Shown here: positions 5,941-5,972 of the stretch, in pieces
Position numbering within the stretch: position 1 is the first letter of the stretch
Layout: each line of letters opens with the position of its first letter
Source: Paraspadella gotoi
Lineage: Eukaryota; Animalia; Chaetognatha
Length of the DNA: 5,972 bases
Assembly (NCBI GenBank): GCA_051294375.1
Contig: CM119270.1
Span: forward strand, 633,012-638,983
Direction: 5' to 3'
Notes under the pieces: model-generated
The model's input: the letters and a program-made list of their open reading frames with translations, nothing else
What the model was told of the DNA's origin: nothing
The model's database searches: none
Made by a program: the position numbers and the translations under genes

Positions 5941-5972
5941 AAAGTTTGGAAATGTTTTCGTCAACGATTTTT

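Overview
AT-rich, microsatellite-dense eukaryotic non-coding DNA (intron or intergenic, probably an invertebrate animal; taxon cannot be fixed from sequence) with a 191-nt assembly gap (4185-4375). I find no credible protein-coding gene, RNA gene or CRISPR array: the listed ORFs are translations of CT/GA/GAAA repeats or short chance frames. What is really present: long homopyrimidine and homopurine tracts, several small tandem repeats (a ~143-147 bp duplication, a 13-bp CCAAT-bearing minisatellite, a 30-bp triple repeat), two (GTCN)n tetranucleotide tracts and hairpins resembling remnants of non-autonomous Helentron-type (DINE-1/HINE-like) elements. Most worth a second look: a 461-bp fold-back unit (4707-5167) bounded by a perfect 26-bp inverted repeat, a CCAAT array ending 32 bp before a TATAAAA box, and a start-less frame with a synonymous-only KPFPFSL duplication. 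None amounts to a demonstrated new biological system.
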